Part shown: piece by piece, positions 1-13,092 of the stretch
Layout of the letters: each line of letters starts with the position of its first letter
Numbering within the stretch: the first letter of the stretch is position 1
Assembly (NCBI GenBank): GCA_010356995.1
Contig: ML996687.1
Location: 311,803-375,802, forward strand
DNA: 64,000 nt
From: Trichodelitschia bisporula
Taxonomy: Eukaryota
Reading direction: 5' to 3'
Program-made: the position numbers and the translations under genes
The notes under the pieces: generated by a model
The model's database searches: none
What the model saw: only the letters and a program-made list of their open reading frames with translations
Told to the model about the DNA's origin: nothing

Positions 1-3000
1 CTCAGAAACAATCCCGAGCCGACGGAGCACGATGTCGAAGAAGCATTCGACGGCAACTTGTGCCGGTGTACTGGATACCGGCCGATCCTCGATGCTGCGC
101 AGTCGTTCAGTGCCTCGAAGGGCTGTGGCAAGGCGACAGCAAATGGCGGCAGTGGATGTTGTATGGAAAAGGGGGAAGGCGGAGGTTGCTGTAAGAACAA
201 GGCTGGCACCGAAGAAGAGCCCTTCATCAAATTTGAGCCACCAGAGTTCATCGCATACAACCCGGAGACCGAACTCATCTTCCCGCCCGCACTCCACAAG
301 CACGAATTCAAGCCCCTAGCCTTCGGCAACAAGCGCAAGAAATGGTATCGACCAGTCACACTAGAACAACTTCTGGAAATCAAGAGCGTCTATCCGTCGG
401 CCAAAATCATTGGCGGCAGCACTGAGACACAAATCGAAGTCAAGTTCAAGGCTATGCAGTACACTGTGTCCGTCTTCGTCGGAGATATCCCCGAGCTGCG
501 ACAGTACTCGTTCGAGGACGAGTACCTCGAAGTCGGCGGCAATGTCGTTCTTACCGACCTCGAGCGCATCGCCACCAAGGCCATCGCCCACTACGGCGAG
601 GCACGCGGCCAACCCTTCGCTGCGATGCTGAAACAACTGCGTTACTTCGCCGGCCGGCAAATCCGCAACGTGGGCACGCCGGCGGGCAACTTGGCCACTG
701 CATCGCCCATCTCGGATTTGAACCCGGTGTTCATGGCCACGAATTCGGTCCTCATCGGCAAGTCTGCGGAGACGACGACGGAGCTTCCAATGAGCGAGTT
801 TTTCAAGGGATATCGTACTACGGCTTTGCCGCCGGATGCGATCATTGCGAGTATCCGTGTGCCAACCGCGAAGCCAGAGCGCGAGTATATCCGCGCGTAC
901 AAGCAGGCGAAGAGGAAGGACGATGATATTGCCATCGTCAACGCGGCGCTTCGGGTGCGCCTCAGCGAAAATAACGCTGTCGAAGACTGCAGCCTCATCT
1001 TCGGCGGCATGGCGCCCGTTACCATTGCTGCGAAGAAGGCCACCGAATTCCTGGTTGGAAAGCCCTGGGCTGACCTTGGTACGCTGGAAGGCGTGATGAA
1101 TGCGCTGGAGCAGGACTTTGATCTCCGCTTCGGTGTCCCTGGAGGAATGGCGACCTACCGCAAGTCGCTTGCGCTGGGCTTCTTCTACAAGTTCTACCAC
1201 GAGGTGCTTTCCTTGCTCGCTGGCGCTGAAGCTGAAGTCGACACTGAGGCTATCGGCGAGATCGAGCGCGGTATATCGAAGGGGAAGAAGGACCACGCGG
1301 TCGCGAAAGAATACGAGCAGAAAATTTTGGGCAAGGAACGCAATCATGTTGCTGCCATGAAGCAGTGCACCGGCGAGGCACAGTACACGGACGACATCCC
1401 GCCGCAACGGAACGAGCTGTACGGCTGCTTGGTGCTGTCGACGAAGGCGCATGCCAGGCTTCTGTCTGTGGATCCGTCAGCTGCGCTCGAGCTCCCGGGC
1501 GTGGCGGACTGGGTTGATCATCGCGATTTACCGAACCCGGAGGCCAACTGGTGGGGCGCGCCGCGGTGTGACGAAGTCTTCTTCGCGGTCGATGAGGTGT
1601 ACACAGCTGGACAGCCCATTGGTATCATTTTGGCGGACTCGGCGAAGCAAGCTGAGATCGCGGCGCGGGCCGTCAAGGTCGAGTATGAGGATCTACCGGC
1701 GATTTTTACGATTGAGGAGGCGATCGAGAAGGACAGCTTCTTTGACCATTTTCGGTACATCATTAGGGGAGATACGGAAAAGGGGTTCGCGGAGGCGGAT
1801 CATGTGTTCACAGGCGTGACGAGGATGGGTGGTCAGGAGCATTTCTACCTCGAGACGAATGCGTGCGTCGTGGTTCCGAAGCCGGAGGACGGTGAGATCG
1901 AGGTTTTCAGCAGCACTCAGAACCCAGCTGAGACGTAAGTTTTCCCGGTATCTTGAGATCAAGGCTGACACCTCTAGGCAATCGTACGTCGCGCAGGTCT
2001 GTGGCGTTGCGGCGAACAAGGTCGTTACCCGGGTCAAGCGCCTGGGAGGTGGCTTTGGCGGAAAAGAGACGCGGTCTGTCCAACTTGCTGGTATCTGCGC
2101 CGCCGCCGCGAAGAAGACCCGTCGTCCGGTGCGTTGCATGCTCAACCGCGACGAGGACATCGTCACTTCTGGGCAGCGCCATCCGTTCCTCGCCCGCTGG
2201 AAGGTGGCCGTGAACAAAGATGGCAAGCTGCAAGCGCTCGACGCCGACGTCTTCGCCAATGCGGGCTGGACGCAGGATCTCAGTGCCGCTGTTGTCGATC
2301 GCTCGCTATCGCACAGTGACGGCGTCTACTTCATTCCGAACGTACATGTCCGCGGCCGGATAGCGAAGACGAACACGGTCTCCAACACGGCGTTCCGTGG
2401 CTTTGGTGGGCCGCAGGGGTTGTTCATCGCCGAGTCGTACATGGAGGAGGTTGCGGACCGTCTCGGCATGCCGGCTGACAAGCTGCGCGAGATCAACATG
2501 TACAAGCCCGGCCAGACCACGCACTTCAACCAGGAGCTCAAGGACTGGTACGTGCCGCTGATGTACAAGCAAGTCAAGGAGGAATCGGCGTACGAGCAGC
2601 GCCGGGCAGAAATCGATGAGTTCAACAAGACGCACAAGTGGAACAAGCGCGGCCTCGCCATCGTCCCAACCAAATTCGGCATCTCCTTCACGGCTCTGTT
2701 CCTCAACCAGGCCGGCGCCCTCGTGCACATATACCACGACGGATCCGTCCTGCTCGCCCACGGCGGCACGGAAATGGGCCAGGGGTTGCACACGAAGATG
2801 ATCATGGTCGCCGCCGAAGCGCTCAAGGTCCCGCAGGACAGCGTCTTCATCTCGGAAACCGCGACCAACACCGTCGCCAATGCGTCGTCGACTGCAGCGT
2901 CCGCATCCTCAGACCTCAACGGCTACGCCATCTGGAACGCCTGCGCGCAGCTGAACGAGCGCCTCGCGCCCTACCGCGAGCAATACGGCCCCGACGCCCC

Positions 3001-3664
3001 GATGTCCAAACTCGCGTCCGCAGCTTACTTCGACCGCGTCAACCTCTCCGCGCAAGGCTTCTACAAGACGCCGGATATCGGCTACGTGTGGGGCCCGAAT
3101 ACGGGGCAGATGTTCTTTTACTTCACGCAGGGCGTCGCGGCGGCAGAGGTCGAGATCGATACGCTAACGGGGGATTGGACGTGTCGTCGCGCTGATATCA
3201 AGATGGATGTTGGGCGGAGTATTAACCCCGCTATCGACTATGGGCAGATCGAGGGCGCGTTCGTGCAGGGCCAGGGCCTGTTCACGACGGAGGAGTTGCT
3301 CTGGCATCGTGCGAGCGGGCAGATGTTCACCAAGGGCCCCGGGGCGTATAAAATCCCGGGCTTCCGCGATATCCCGCAGGTGTTTAACGTCAGCTTGCTC
3401 AAGGGCGTGACGTGGGAGAATCTGCGCACGATTCAGCGCAGTCGCGGCGTAGGCGAGCCGCCGCTCTTTTTGGGTAGCTCCGTGTTCTTCGCTATCCGCG
3501 ATGCGCTCAAGGCGGCGCGGAAGCAGTGGGGTGTTGAGGAGCTGCTGTCACTGCCGAGTCCGGCGACGGTGGAGCGGATTCGCATCAGTTGTGGGGATCC
3601 GATTATCACGCGGGCGAAGGTGGAGCCGCAAGAGGGGGAGAAGTCGTTTTTTGTTACCATTTAG
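1..3664 (+). CDS. hxA: Xanthine dehydrogenase (purine hydroxylase I); 5' end lies outside the window; intron 1935..1977
   Basis: 2Fe-2S motif GNLCRCTGYRPI; FAD domain (FAGRQIRNVGTPAGN, KQAKRKDDDIA); molybdopterin domain with GGQEHFYLE, GGGFGGKETR, AFRGFGGPQG, GTEMGQGLHTK, GVGEPPL. A 43-nt GTAAGT...GCTGAC...TAG intron joins ORFs 58..1938 and 1829..3664. The FTAL motif matches HxA rather than HxnS. Confidence 0.97.
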
Positions 3665-3976
3665 CTGTGTTAGTTTGTCGCTGAGTAGCGTTGAATCGAC
3701 TTGCCTTTCGTTCCTACGTTGCTTCGTGTCTGCTCGCTTCGTGACTACGCAACGTACTTGCCTCATGACGTAGACATGGACGGAGCATTGTTAGGTCGGG
3801 AAGGAGAATACTTATCTAAGGGACATAATGTAATGTGGACATGATAGGAGGAAGGAGCATAAGAGGATACTTGGCATCGTCGTGTATTTATTCTTGAGAG
3901 TCTCTTCCTCTCTTCCTCTCTTCCTGTCTTCCTCTTTCTTTGCACATGAAGAGACTTTACTCCCGTCACTTCATAT

Positions 3977-5033
3977 CTACCTAGCCACATGCAGCGGTGC
4001 GCCTCTATCCTCCAGCATCTCACACAACAATTCCGTCTCGTGGTCGCAATACTCAGGCGCAACACGGGGCTGCGTGCTCTTCGGCCCGACTTCGATGGTC
4101 TCACCAGATCTCTTACTGTCGCCCAGCAGCTCCTCAAAGACGGTGACGACGTTCTCAATCGGCGTCAGTTGATTGCGTCCGTTGACGTCGTCGTAGAACT
4201 CCGCGGCGGCGATATTCGTGCGCACAATGTTGGGGCACGCTGCATTCAGCGTGATACCCTCTGCCGGAAGGAGCTTGCCGTAGGAGCGCACAAAGCCGAC
4301 GACACCGCTGGTAGGGATATCAGGGTTTACGTCTGGAAAAGGGAGGGTACGTACTGCTTCGCAGTTGTGTAAATTGGCAAGGTTGAGACGCAGTACAGCC
4401 CGCAGATGCTGGCCACGGTCACGATCTTGCCCTTGAAGCCGTTGGATCCCACGGGCTGGCGGCGGAACTGCTGAATGCCGAGGGCAGTGGTATACAGCAC
4501 GCCGTTGAGGTCGACGTCAAGGACCTGCTGCCACTCAGCTCATCATCCGCATACATCCCCGCTTTCCCTCCAATCACAAAAACGCAAAGCCACAGCCTTA
4601 CCTCCAAATTCGGTTTCTCAAACCCCTCTCCCCCGTCCTTCACATTGCGCAACCACACCCTCTCCCCAATCCCCGCAATCGGCAGTACATAATCCACCCT
4701 CCCGCCAAACCACTTCAACGCCTCCGTAAAGGCCTTCACCTGCGAGTCCCACTCCGCGACGTTGACATGCGCCGCCGCCGCCGCCTCGGCACGGCCCGAC
4801 GACGCAGTTAGCTCCTCCGCGGCCTTGGTGGCGCCGGCGAGGTTGAAGTCGGCTAAAAAGACACGCGCGCTGGGCGCGGGACGTTAGCTTTAGTTATCTT
4901 TATCTTTCCTGAATCATGCGGGGTGTGGGGGCGGAGCGGTGAGTTACCCCTTTTCCACGAGCATCGTTGCAACGGCTAAACCGATGCCGCTGGCACCGCC
5001 TGTGATGTAGGCGGTGCGGTTTGCTTCGGACAT
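3977..5033 (-). CDS. Short-chain dehydrogenase/reductase (15-hydroxyprostaglandin dehydrogenase-like); introns ~4870..4947, 4525..4601, 4308..4354
   Basis: Spliced translation MSEANRTAYITGGASGIGLAVA (TGxxxGxG), then DVDLNGVLY, VTVASICG, catalytic YTTAKH (YxxxK) and ITLNAACPNIVRTNI. Confidence 0.9.
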
Positions 5034-5948
5034 ATTGGGTTAGGATAGGGGGTGGAGGAATACGATATCAGGCAACTAAGATAAAGCAGTTAAAACTGGC
5101 GTGAGGAGGCTACAGAAGCAACTCATACCCCGCGGCCCCAAACGCCCAATTTATATCCCCTCACTTGAGGCGGGCACACGTCTCGGCGTACCCCGCACGG
5201 CATTACGACCGTAACCGAATCGGAAGCATTGCACATGCGACGATCCTCAGAACACGAGAACGAAGACGTGCGGTGTGGTAAGCAGGACTCTTAATACCGG
5301 AGCATCAGAAACCCGAAGGGGCCTCGCTGCCTTCGTGCCTTCGTGCCTTCCACGGCCCGCACCCATCCCAAACGGGAAGTCGGCAACCGCCACAACGCCG
5401 CGCTTCTCAACCCCGGCCGCCGGCCGCAGTGCCCAGACATAAAGTTCCGAAATCCTCCCGCGCCGACCGCCCTCGGCCCTTAGCTGCTTAGCGATGGTGT
5501 CATTACGCGAGGACATATGCAGCGCCAGCTGCGCGGGCAGTTCCAACCGCATGGCGCCGCGGGCATGGCAGGTCCGTTAAGGAATTAGCCGCTTACTTAC
5601 CGCTCCCACGCCGCGGTATGCCTGTCCCGTTGTCCCGGCAAGGGAAGGGCCAGCCCTCCGGATTTATCGCCGACCACCCACGTTTCTAGACCGCGCTCTG
5701 ACAGGTTGACACCGCGTTGTGTATCGTTCGTTATGCGCCACGAAGGCGCGGGACGCAGAGGCGCAAAAGAAAATAACGGCGCTGTTGCTGCGGGTTCGCA
5801 AACGTCCCATGCTGTTGGGATTAAGTCAATTATTCCTCAGACGATATCGCGGGCATATAATAGTCGATCATTTCCTCTTCCTCTCGACCTCCATCCCTTC
5901 CCAGCCTTGTACCACCTCAATCTGATTCCCCGGCATTGACCCCCCACC

Positions 5949-7244
5949 ATGACAGCTACCCAAGACCCCCCGACAGTCGCCATCATTGGCGCCGGCCTAG
6001 CAGGCACGGCCCTCGCCCTCGCCCTCCTCCCGCACGGCATCAAACCGACAATCTTTGAGTCGGCAGGCGGCTTCGGCACCGTCGGTGCCGGCGTCATCTT
6101 CGGCCCCAACGCCGCGCGCGCCATGTCGCTCATCTCCCCCGCCGCCTGGAAGGCCTTCAACACGTGCCTGACCCGCAACCGCGACGCCAGCTTCTGGGAC
6201 ACCTGGTTCGAGTTCCAGGACGGGCGCGCCGATGCCACCGAGGCACCCTGGCGGCTGCAGCGCACGGGCGAGAAGCGCGATCCAGCCATGGCGAGCGTGC
6301 ATCGCGCGCATTTCCTCGCTGAACTGGCCAAGCAGCTGCCGGACGACATTACGCAGTTTCGCAAGACCCTGACGGGGCTGGAAACCAGCGGTGGGAAAAG
6401 CACGCTTACCTTCGCTGACGGCACGACGTTCGAGGCGGATCTGGTCATCGGGTGCGACGGGATCAAGTCCCGCGTCCGCGAAATCATGTTCTCGTCGCAG
6501 TCGCCCACCGCCGCGCCCCTCCCGACGTACACCGGGCAAATCGGCTACCGCGCCCTCCTCCCTACCTCACTCGTGGAATCGATCCTCGGCCCGCCCGCGC
6601 CCAACGCCGCGCTCTTCCGCGGCCCAAACGGATACATCGTAACCTACCCGGTCTCCCACGGCGAACAAGTCAACGTCGTCGCCGCAGTCAAGCGCCCCGA
6701 CATCTCGCCCGGGCGCGACGTCATGGTGCTTCCCGACACGCACGAAGCCCTGAACGCCGCCTTCGTAAACTGGCGCCCCGAAATCCGCGAACTGCTGACG
6801 CACTTCCCTTCCGCGGATCGCTGGCCGCTGTTCGATTGTCCCCACGGGAGACGGTATGTCGCGCCCGGAGGCCGTGTGTTGCTCGTCGGCGATGCAGCGC
6901 ATGCGAGTACGCCGCATTTGGGCGCAGGGGCGGGGATGGCGTTTGAAGACGCTGTTATTCTTGGGAATCTGCTGGGCGATGTGGTGCGCGGCGAGGGGGA
7001 GCTGGAGAAAGCGGTGGAGGCGTATGATGCGGTGCGGCGAGTGCGGACGCAAGGCTTGATTCGGCGGTCGCGGGAGGCGGCTGAGCTGCATACTACCGTG
7101 GGCGAGGGCGCATTGCCGTGGGACGAGGTGAATCGGAGGACTGAGGCGTTGTATCGCTGGGCGTGGGAACATGACCACGAGGATGAGCTGGAGAAGGCTC
7201 GGAAAATCATGAAGGGAGCGTATGTGCGCTTGGACAGCATATAG
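5949..7244 (+). CDS. FAD-dependent monooxygenase, salicylate hydroxylase-like (group A flavoprotein), intronless
   Basis: GAGLAG Rossmann motif, DLVIGCDGIKSRVR (DG motif), LVGDAAHASTPHLGAGAGMAFEDA (GD motif); 431 aa. Confidence 0.92.
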   Translation: MTATQDPPTVAIIGAGLAGTALALALLPHGIKPTIFESAGGFGTVGAGVIFGPNAARAMSLISPAAWKAFNTCLTRNRDASFWDTWFEFQDGRADATEAPWRLQRTGEKRDPAMASVHRAHFLAELAKQLPDDITQFRKTLTGLETSGGKSTLTFADGTTFEADLVIGCDGIKSRVREIMFSSQSPTAAPLPTYTGQIGYRALLPTSLVESILGPPAPNAALFRGPNGYIVTYPVSHGEQVNVVAAVKRPDISPGRDVMVLPDTHEALNAAFVNWRPEIRELLTHFPSADRWPLFDCPHGRRYVAPGGRVLLVGDAAHASTPHLGAGAGMAFEDAVILGNLLGDVVRGEGELEKAVEAYDAVRRVRTQGLIRRSREAAELHTTVGEGALPWDEVNRRTEALYRWAWEHDHEDELEKARKIMKGAYVRLDSI

Positions 7245-8072
7245 ATTAGCGATGCCGAACACAGCTGCACAAATTTCACGGCATAAAAGCATCTCCGCCT
7301 ACTCATTCATCGTGTTTGTATTAAACCGCCCGATCGGATCGAGCAACGCTAGAGTACATGCGCAACACTATGAACTAGTCGGTTTACGGAAGAAGGAAAA
7401 GGGGGTATGTAGAACAACCAGGCCGCCCAGACACCTCATCCAGCCTTGCCGGGCCGGCATTCCATCATGACGGGTAAACATAAAAGCAGAATCAGTACTT
7501 TTACAGACGGCGATTTGTGACGAGTGTCCCGGGATCTGAAAGCGGAATGCGACTTGAGACCATTAAGCGTTTCATCGACGGTCCTGGGTGATGAACAGAT
7601 ATGAGTGAGACAGCATTTAGTTGCAGTCACGACAGCATCGACGTCAACCGAGGTGCTTATCCGGAGAAAACTGCAGGCGTAGTAGACCTTTGCAACAGTC
7701 ATACGGAATGCGAGCACACAGCGAAGTGGCAGTGGATGCATCGTATGTCAAAGCAGGTGTCAAAAGTGTCAAAAGGCGTATGGTGTCAGTCGTATCAGGA
7801 ACAGGCGTGTGACTCGTGTCAGAGTGTGGGGGTGGGGAGAAGGTGGGGCGCAATATCCGAGAGCACGACGTCAATCCGGAATCCGGACGACAAGAACAAG
7901 GCTATCACCTAGAAGCATGGCGGGTCGAAGTCCAGTGAAGACCGCAAAACCGGCGCAAGATCCAGAGAGAGAGAGCCAAAAGACGCGATGAGGAGCTTCG
8001 TCATGCATGCACGCAGGCACATTCAATCGGCGACTCAGACCATCACGTCACGGGGGGAGGCACGGTCACCAG

Positions 8073-8269
8073 CTAGACCCCGGGTGGACCAGAATCTTGG
8101 CCCTGGCCCTGCGGCGTCTGACCGGCTTGCGCCTGGAAGGCCAACTGCCACATGCGCACGTAGTTCTCGTAGCCGCCGTACATGGCATACGGGTCGGCTG
8201 AGTCTGCTCCAGTGGGAACAGCCGCGCCGGCTTGGTGCGGCACCTGCGGCTGAGCATACCCCTGATACG

Positions 8270-8307
<38 letters not shown>

Positions 8308-9949
8308 GGCTGCTGTGAGTACCTGTCGCCAAATTGGTCATCCCGACGGCCGCGTCCGCCTCCGCCGAATCCGCTGCTGCTACCGCCACCGTTCTGGACA
8401 TGCGTGTCAGTGAGATACCCTGGGAGAGGACAGGAATGACATACCACAGACTCTACCTTAGACCAGATTGCTGCTTTGGCTGCATCAATGGCCTGGCGGG
8501 TTCCGATGAGTCCGATTTCGCGCTCCAAGTCCTGGCCACTAGCCTGGGAAACGTTGATCTTGCAACCGGTCTGGTTCTGCATCTCCTTGATCGTTTCACC
8601 GCCTGTGCTGTTAGCCGATGCTTGTCATCAAAAGAGGTGCCAGGTGCTTACCCTTGCCGATAATCATGCCCACCGAATCCGAAGGAACCATGATGCTGTC
8701 ATTGATCTTGCCTGCACCACCAGGGCCTGCTTGAGGTTCGAAGGTAGGTGCCTTAGGGGCAGCCTGCTCGCCACCGCGAGTGTCACTGTCAACAATCTCC
8801 ATAATCAGCTCCTTGGCCCGCGCGCCATTGACCGCAGTGCCAATAAGGTTGACGGGACGCAGGCCATTGATGCTTTTGTCTTCCGCAAGGATATTGATAT
8901 GACATCCACTCCGCTCTTGGAGGTCCCGGATGGTTTCACCACCACGGCCGATGATGAGGCCCACGGTCCGGTCCGGAACCATAATCTGCACGTGGTTCTC
9001 GCCTTCCCGGAGAGGCTGCTGAGCTGGAGCCGGCTTTGCACCACGAGGCGGAGGTCCGGAACGCGGGGCGCTGGTGGCATTTTCACGCGGGGTATTTCCA
9101 CCGTTTTCGTCAATGATTCGATAGATCTCACGCTTGGCATCACCACGCGCACGAGGGTTGCCGGTAATCCTACACTGACGTTGAGGTCCGCCTTGATCCG
9201 GTCCAGTAAGAAATTGGATCCTAGTGCCGGTGTCCGCTTCGACGCGACGAAGATTCTCACCCTGGCGACCAATGACAAGCCCAACGAGGGAAGAGTCGAT
9301 CATGATAGTCTCAGAGTTGTCTTCATCACGGCTGAAGTTACGGGATTCACGTTGAGGAGAGAAGGTGCTCCGGTTGCGTTGAGGGGGCGGAGATCGCGAG
9401 CGGGAGCGGTTGTAGCTGCTCATGCGACGCGGATCATCACGGCGCTCATCACGGTACGGGTTGTAACTATCACGGAACTGTTCGCGGCGAGGCGGAGATC
9501 GCGAGCGCGATTTGTGGGACGCGCGACCGCTGCCACGGCTGTCTCCGCGAGTGTCCGAGCGGGGGCCTTCCTTGGTTAGCGACACGTTGCCAATTGGACT
9601 GAGGGAGCCTTACCACTGTGACCTTGAAGACCTTTCTCGGCAGCGAAACTCTTCGCCTTAGCAAGTGCGTCCTGAAGACTAACGGAACCGGTGTTAACAG
9701 GCTTGATTGAGTTGAGATCGACGCTTGCGGGAGGGAGTCTGTATGAAGGCGCGCCGTTAGGGACCGGCTGGTAGCCCTGGGGCGCAGACTGAGGCGGCAT
9801 CTGGCTCATCTGAGGAGCTTGGGAAGTCTGGACAGGCTGCTGAGCTACTGGAGACATTAGCAGTTGAGCAAAAAAATGGGGGCAGGTGTGTGGAGCTAAC
9901 CCTTCAGTGCGGCCAGAATAGCCTGAAGGTCTGGAGCTGGCTGAGCCAT
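8073..9949 (-). CDS. KH-domain RNA-binding protein (FUBP/KSRP-like, three KH domains), multi-exon
   Basis: Starts MAQPAPDLQAILAAL. RS/RD-rich region, then three GxxG KH loops (GLVIGRQGE, GLIIGRGGE, GMIIGKGGE). C-terminal polyQ and DPYAMYGGYENYVRMW. GT-AG introns link ORFs 9576..9980, 8611..9585 and 8073..8582. Confidence 0.88.
8270..8306 (-). repeat. (CAG)n trinucleotide microsatellite encoding polyQ in the KH protein
   Basis: Run of about 12 (CTG/TTG) units on the + strand, in frame with QPQQQQQQQQQQQQP. Confidence 0.9.
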
Positions 9950-10819
9950 GGCTGCTGTGAGTGAGCAAAGGAAGGACCAAACACTGTTTTAGTAGAATCC
10001 GTGGAAAACGTTATGGCGAAAATGTCGAAGTGAGTCAAGGACAGAGGGTGGAATGTGTGATGCTGGGTTGCTGAGGATGGAGGTGCAAGAGTGTAGAGTG
10101 AGGAGGAGGAAAGGTGATGAAGAGGAGGGGAAGGGTTCTGAGGAAGCGAGGTGAGTGGTCCGTGGGTTTGAGTGGGCGGCGCGCGACCGGGGGCGGGGGA
10201 TGAAAGAAAGAACAAAAGCGGCTAGCATAATTCCGGGCCGACTATTGTTCCGTTCCCCATTCACGAAGTTCCAGCATGCTACTCTAGTCAACGCTCGTAG
10301 TGCCGGACTTCTGTTGCAAAGCTTTTGATGTGGATAAGCTAGGAAGATGTGTATGTGAAATTGAGAGATCTATAGCGAGAACCTCAAGCTGTCTACCGAA
10401 TATGGCGACCGAGAGTGAATGGTTTGGCATCGGAAAGACGCCTACCCAACATGTTTGCCAAAGGGTTCATGTGCTAGCTTCAGTAGCTCACACTTCGTCA
10501 CAACTCAGACGAAGGACTTGAACCATCTTTGTTACAGGTCAGTCATTGCCTCGGGTCGACGAATCTAAGGCGTTTGGCTCTTTTATCTCCTATTCATTCA
10601 TCTACTGCAAACGGAATCACTGCCTTGTTTAGACATTATGCTCTTCAATTCGCCTCTCCCTAAAATATCACCGGTTGCATGTCGAATAAACCGCCGCTAA
10701 AATGACAGACCAGCCCCGATAGGTTGTTCAACACCATACTTGCCTTTCCAACAGTGACAGTATCCTACAAATGACGTCTCATCTTATTTATACTCAGCAC
10801 TCCAAGGTTCCGCATACCA

Positions 10820-12109
10820 TTAGCTCACAGTGCCCCGAGGAAAGTTACGTGAGCTCAACATCACGCCTTTCATGCTTCGAATCTCGCCCTTGAACCGCTC
10901 AATCTCGTCATCCTTGAACAAATTGCCCGACCCGTTCGCTCCACCCCAAAAGTTTCCGTAGTTGTTATAGTAAGGACTTGACGACTGTGTCATGGTGTTG
11001 AGGTAGCTCGTCAGCTTTCCCGCTTGCTCGAGTTCTTCGAGCTCCTTGTAGTGGGTAGTCTTCTGGGACGACGTTAGTCCCTCGATGTGTTCCCTGAGCG
11101 CCTTGATTTGCTTTTCCTGCGCGCTTAGTGTGTCCGAGCCCTCTGCGCTGCTGGCATCAGAGATGGAACCGCGACGCGATAGCGATGGTGTTGTCTGCAC
11201 ACCGATGTCGCGGTGGTACAGCTCGGTCGGATCGCTCGAGATAGATACATCGTCCTTGTCCTCATCTCCTCCACTTGTCACTGGTCGCGATGGGGGCATT
11301 GCAGAAACCATGTTCTTAAGCTTGGTGTTCACCTCCTCCAGCCTCGTGACGCTGTGCTCCAGGAAGTCGTGCCGCGCTGTTGTGAGCGATGCCTCCATGG
11401 GCGCAACGACGAATTGTGACAGAGCGTACATGGCTGCTCCGAGGCCGGCTGCTATGTAGGTGGTGTCGAGGAGCAGAGACTTTGTGACGAGTGGCGGAGG
11501 CTTGGATGGTTGAACGAGGAACTCGGGATAGGTGACTACGGGGGGTGCATCGCGCTTTGGTAGTGAATGAGCAGACGTGAGTCCTTGTTGTTGTGAGGGT
11601 GGTTGTGGGCGCGGTTGCGAGGACGCCACGGCTGGCGAGGTCGATGGTGCTGGACTGGGAGTCGGAGGAAGGGGGGTCGATGATAGAATAGGAGCTTCGG
11701 GGTCGTCCGCATCCTCAATCTGCACAAATCAGCCCAGCTCAACTAATCGTGACCCACGTACCTCGTGCAGTTCGTCCTCCGCGTTTAGCAAACCCTCAAT
11801 CTCCTCCCGACTCAACCCTTTCGTTTCCAGGAAGGCGACCTTCTTTTCTCGTGGCGCATAGCGGATATCGGGGTCCTGCAGGAACTGGACAGCGTATTCG
11901 CGGAGCAGTCCATCATCTGCGGAAGATTCTACTGCGTGCGATGTGTCTGTAGGTGCATCTGCGACATGCGCTTCAGGAGTCGGTGTCTCTCCAGCCTCCT
12001 TCGGCGCCGGCGTCGCGTCTCCGGTCTGCGGCGCGTGGACAGAGGGTGGGGGAGAAGCGGCGGCACGTTGCCAGGCCGGCACTGAGGGCTTGCTATCGTC
12101 GTCGGCCAT
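10820..12109 (-). CDS. PEX14/17: Peroxin Pex14/17 (Pex33-type) docking-complex protein; intron 11720..11761
   Basis: Pex14_N-like segment AVQFLQDPDIRYAPREKKVAFLETKGLSREEI, then PPVVTYPEFL, a hydrophobic stretch, a coiled coil and C-terminal KGEIRSMKGVMLSSRNFP. Confidence 0.85.
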
Positions 12110-13092
12110 AGCTGCAATGACGAGAGGAAGGAGTTGCGAGTGGAAGAGCGACCAGCGCAACGGATTACATCTGGAGAGTCGTCACAGGTCACAGCCGAGG
12201 CTCTGGCGAGCAATGGCTTGGCCGGCGTCTGTCGCGGTTGCTTTGTGGGACGGCAGGAGGAGCGCGGCTAAACCTACCGTAGTTCATGATCGTATTCACC
12301 GTTTGGCGGATTTGCAATTTCAGACATTGTGAGACTCAGATACCTCGAATTCAGTCATGTCTTTCATCGTAGAAATTTAGAGATATATTATCCTGTCCCA
12401 TCTACCTTCAGAATGCATGCCTGATCACCGAAGCCACCATAAACCAGACGCCAAGATCAACACCACAAACCACTCAGTTCCCCGTCTCTCTCCCCCGTCC
12501 CGGCCAAACTCCGCAATTCACCCTGCATCGCGCCGCAAACGGTACTCCCAAAGCAAACACTCTCGCGTCAAAAAGTCAAAGATCGATTGGATGGCTCCTA
12601 GGTACGTACCTTGTCGTACACTATTCCCACAACTGGAGACAACGGAGGGAAAGAGGAGTCGAGATGGGCCTGTAGAGATGCGGCGAGGCCCGGCAAGGCA
12701 AGGCAAGGCGAAGGCGGAGAGAGAGGAACACGCAGAGGAGACAGCCCACCCGTTCGTCGCAACTGCAGCCACCGTATCGGCCTCTGGAGCACGTTGCACG
12801 GCGCCGACGCTCCTTCGCTGTTGTCCCATGCAGCTCTCTCAGCACCGCAGGCGTGTCGCATAGTCGCAAAAGCCCCCGTCGCCCGTTGTTGTCGCTGAGA
12901 GGCTCTTCCTGTACCCGGCTGCACAGCGCGCTGAGCGGACCGGAACGTCTTTCACGGCCATACCTACCTCGTGGCTCAGCCCTGTCACTGCATCAGCTTT
13001 CCTCCCGTCTCCTCCCTCTTATCCCTCACACCATCTCCGATATCTCTCCTCCCATCCTTCCTCCTATCCATCACCTTTCCCCACCTCCCACC

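Noticed and set aside
361..1452. Long antisense ORFs (also 8476..9579, 13128..13844, 19394..20254, 37569..38492)
   Set aside because: They are shadows of GC-rich codon usage in real genes on the opposite strand and carry no recognisable motifs.
1..7244. Nicotinate-catabolism (hxn) cluster: XDH paralog plus SDR plus FAD monooxygenase
   Set aside because: The XDH has the HxA-type FTALFLNQ motif, not the HxnS-type FATAL insertion, and no hxnR, hxnT or transporter genes are visible. Sequence upstream of the window cannot be seen.
12690..12716. (GGCAA)n short repeat in the PEX14/17-IES2 divergent promoter; also (GCCTTCGT)2 near 5330 and (GCCTTGTTG)2 near 24626
   Set aside because: Short simple repeats expected by chance or slippage, with no further support.
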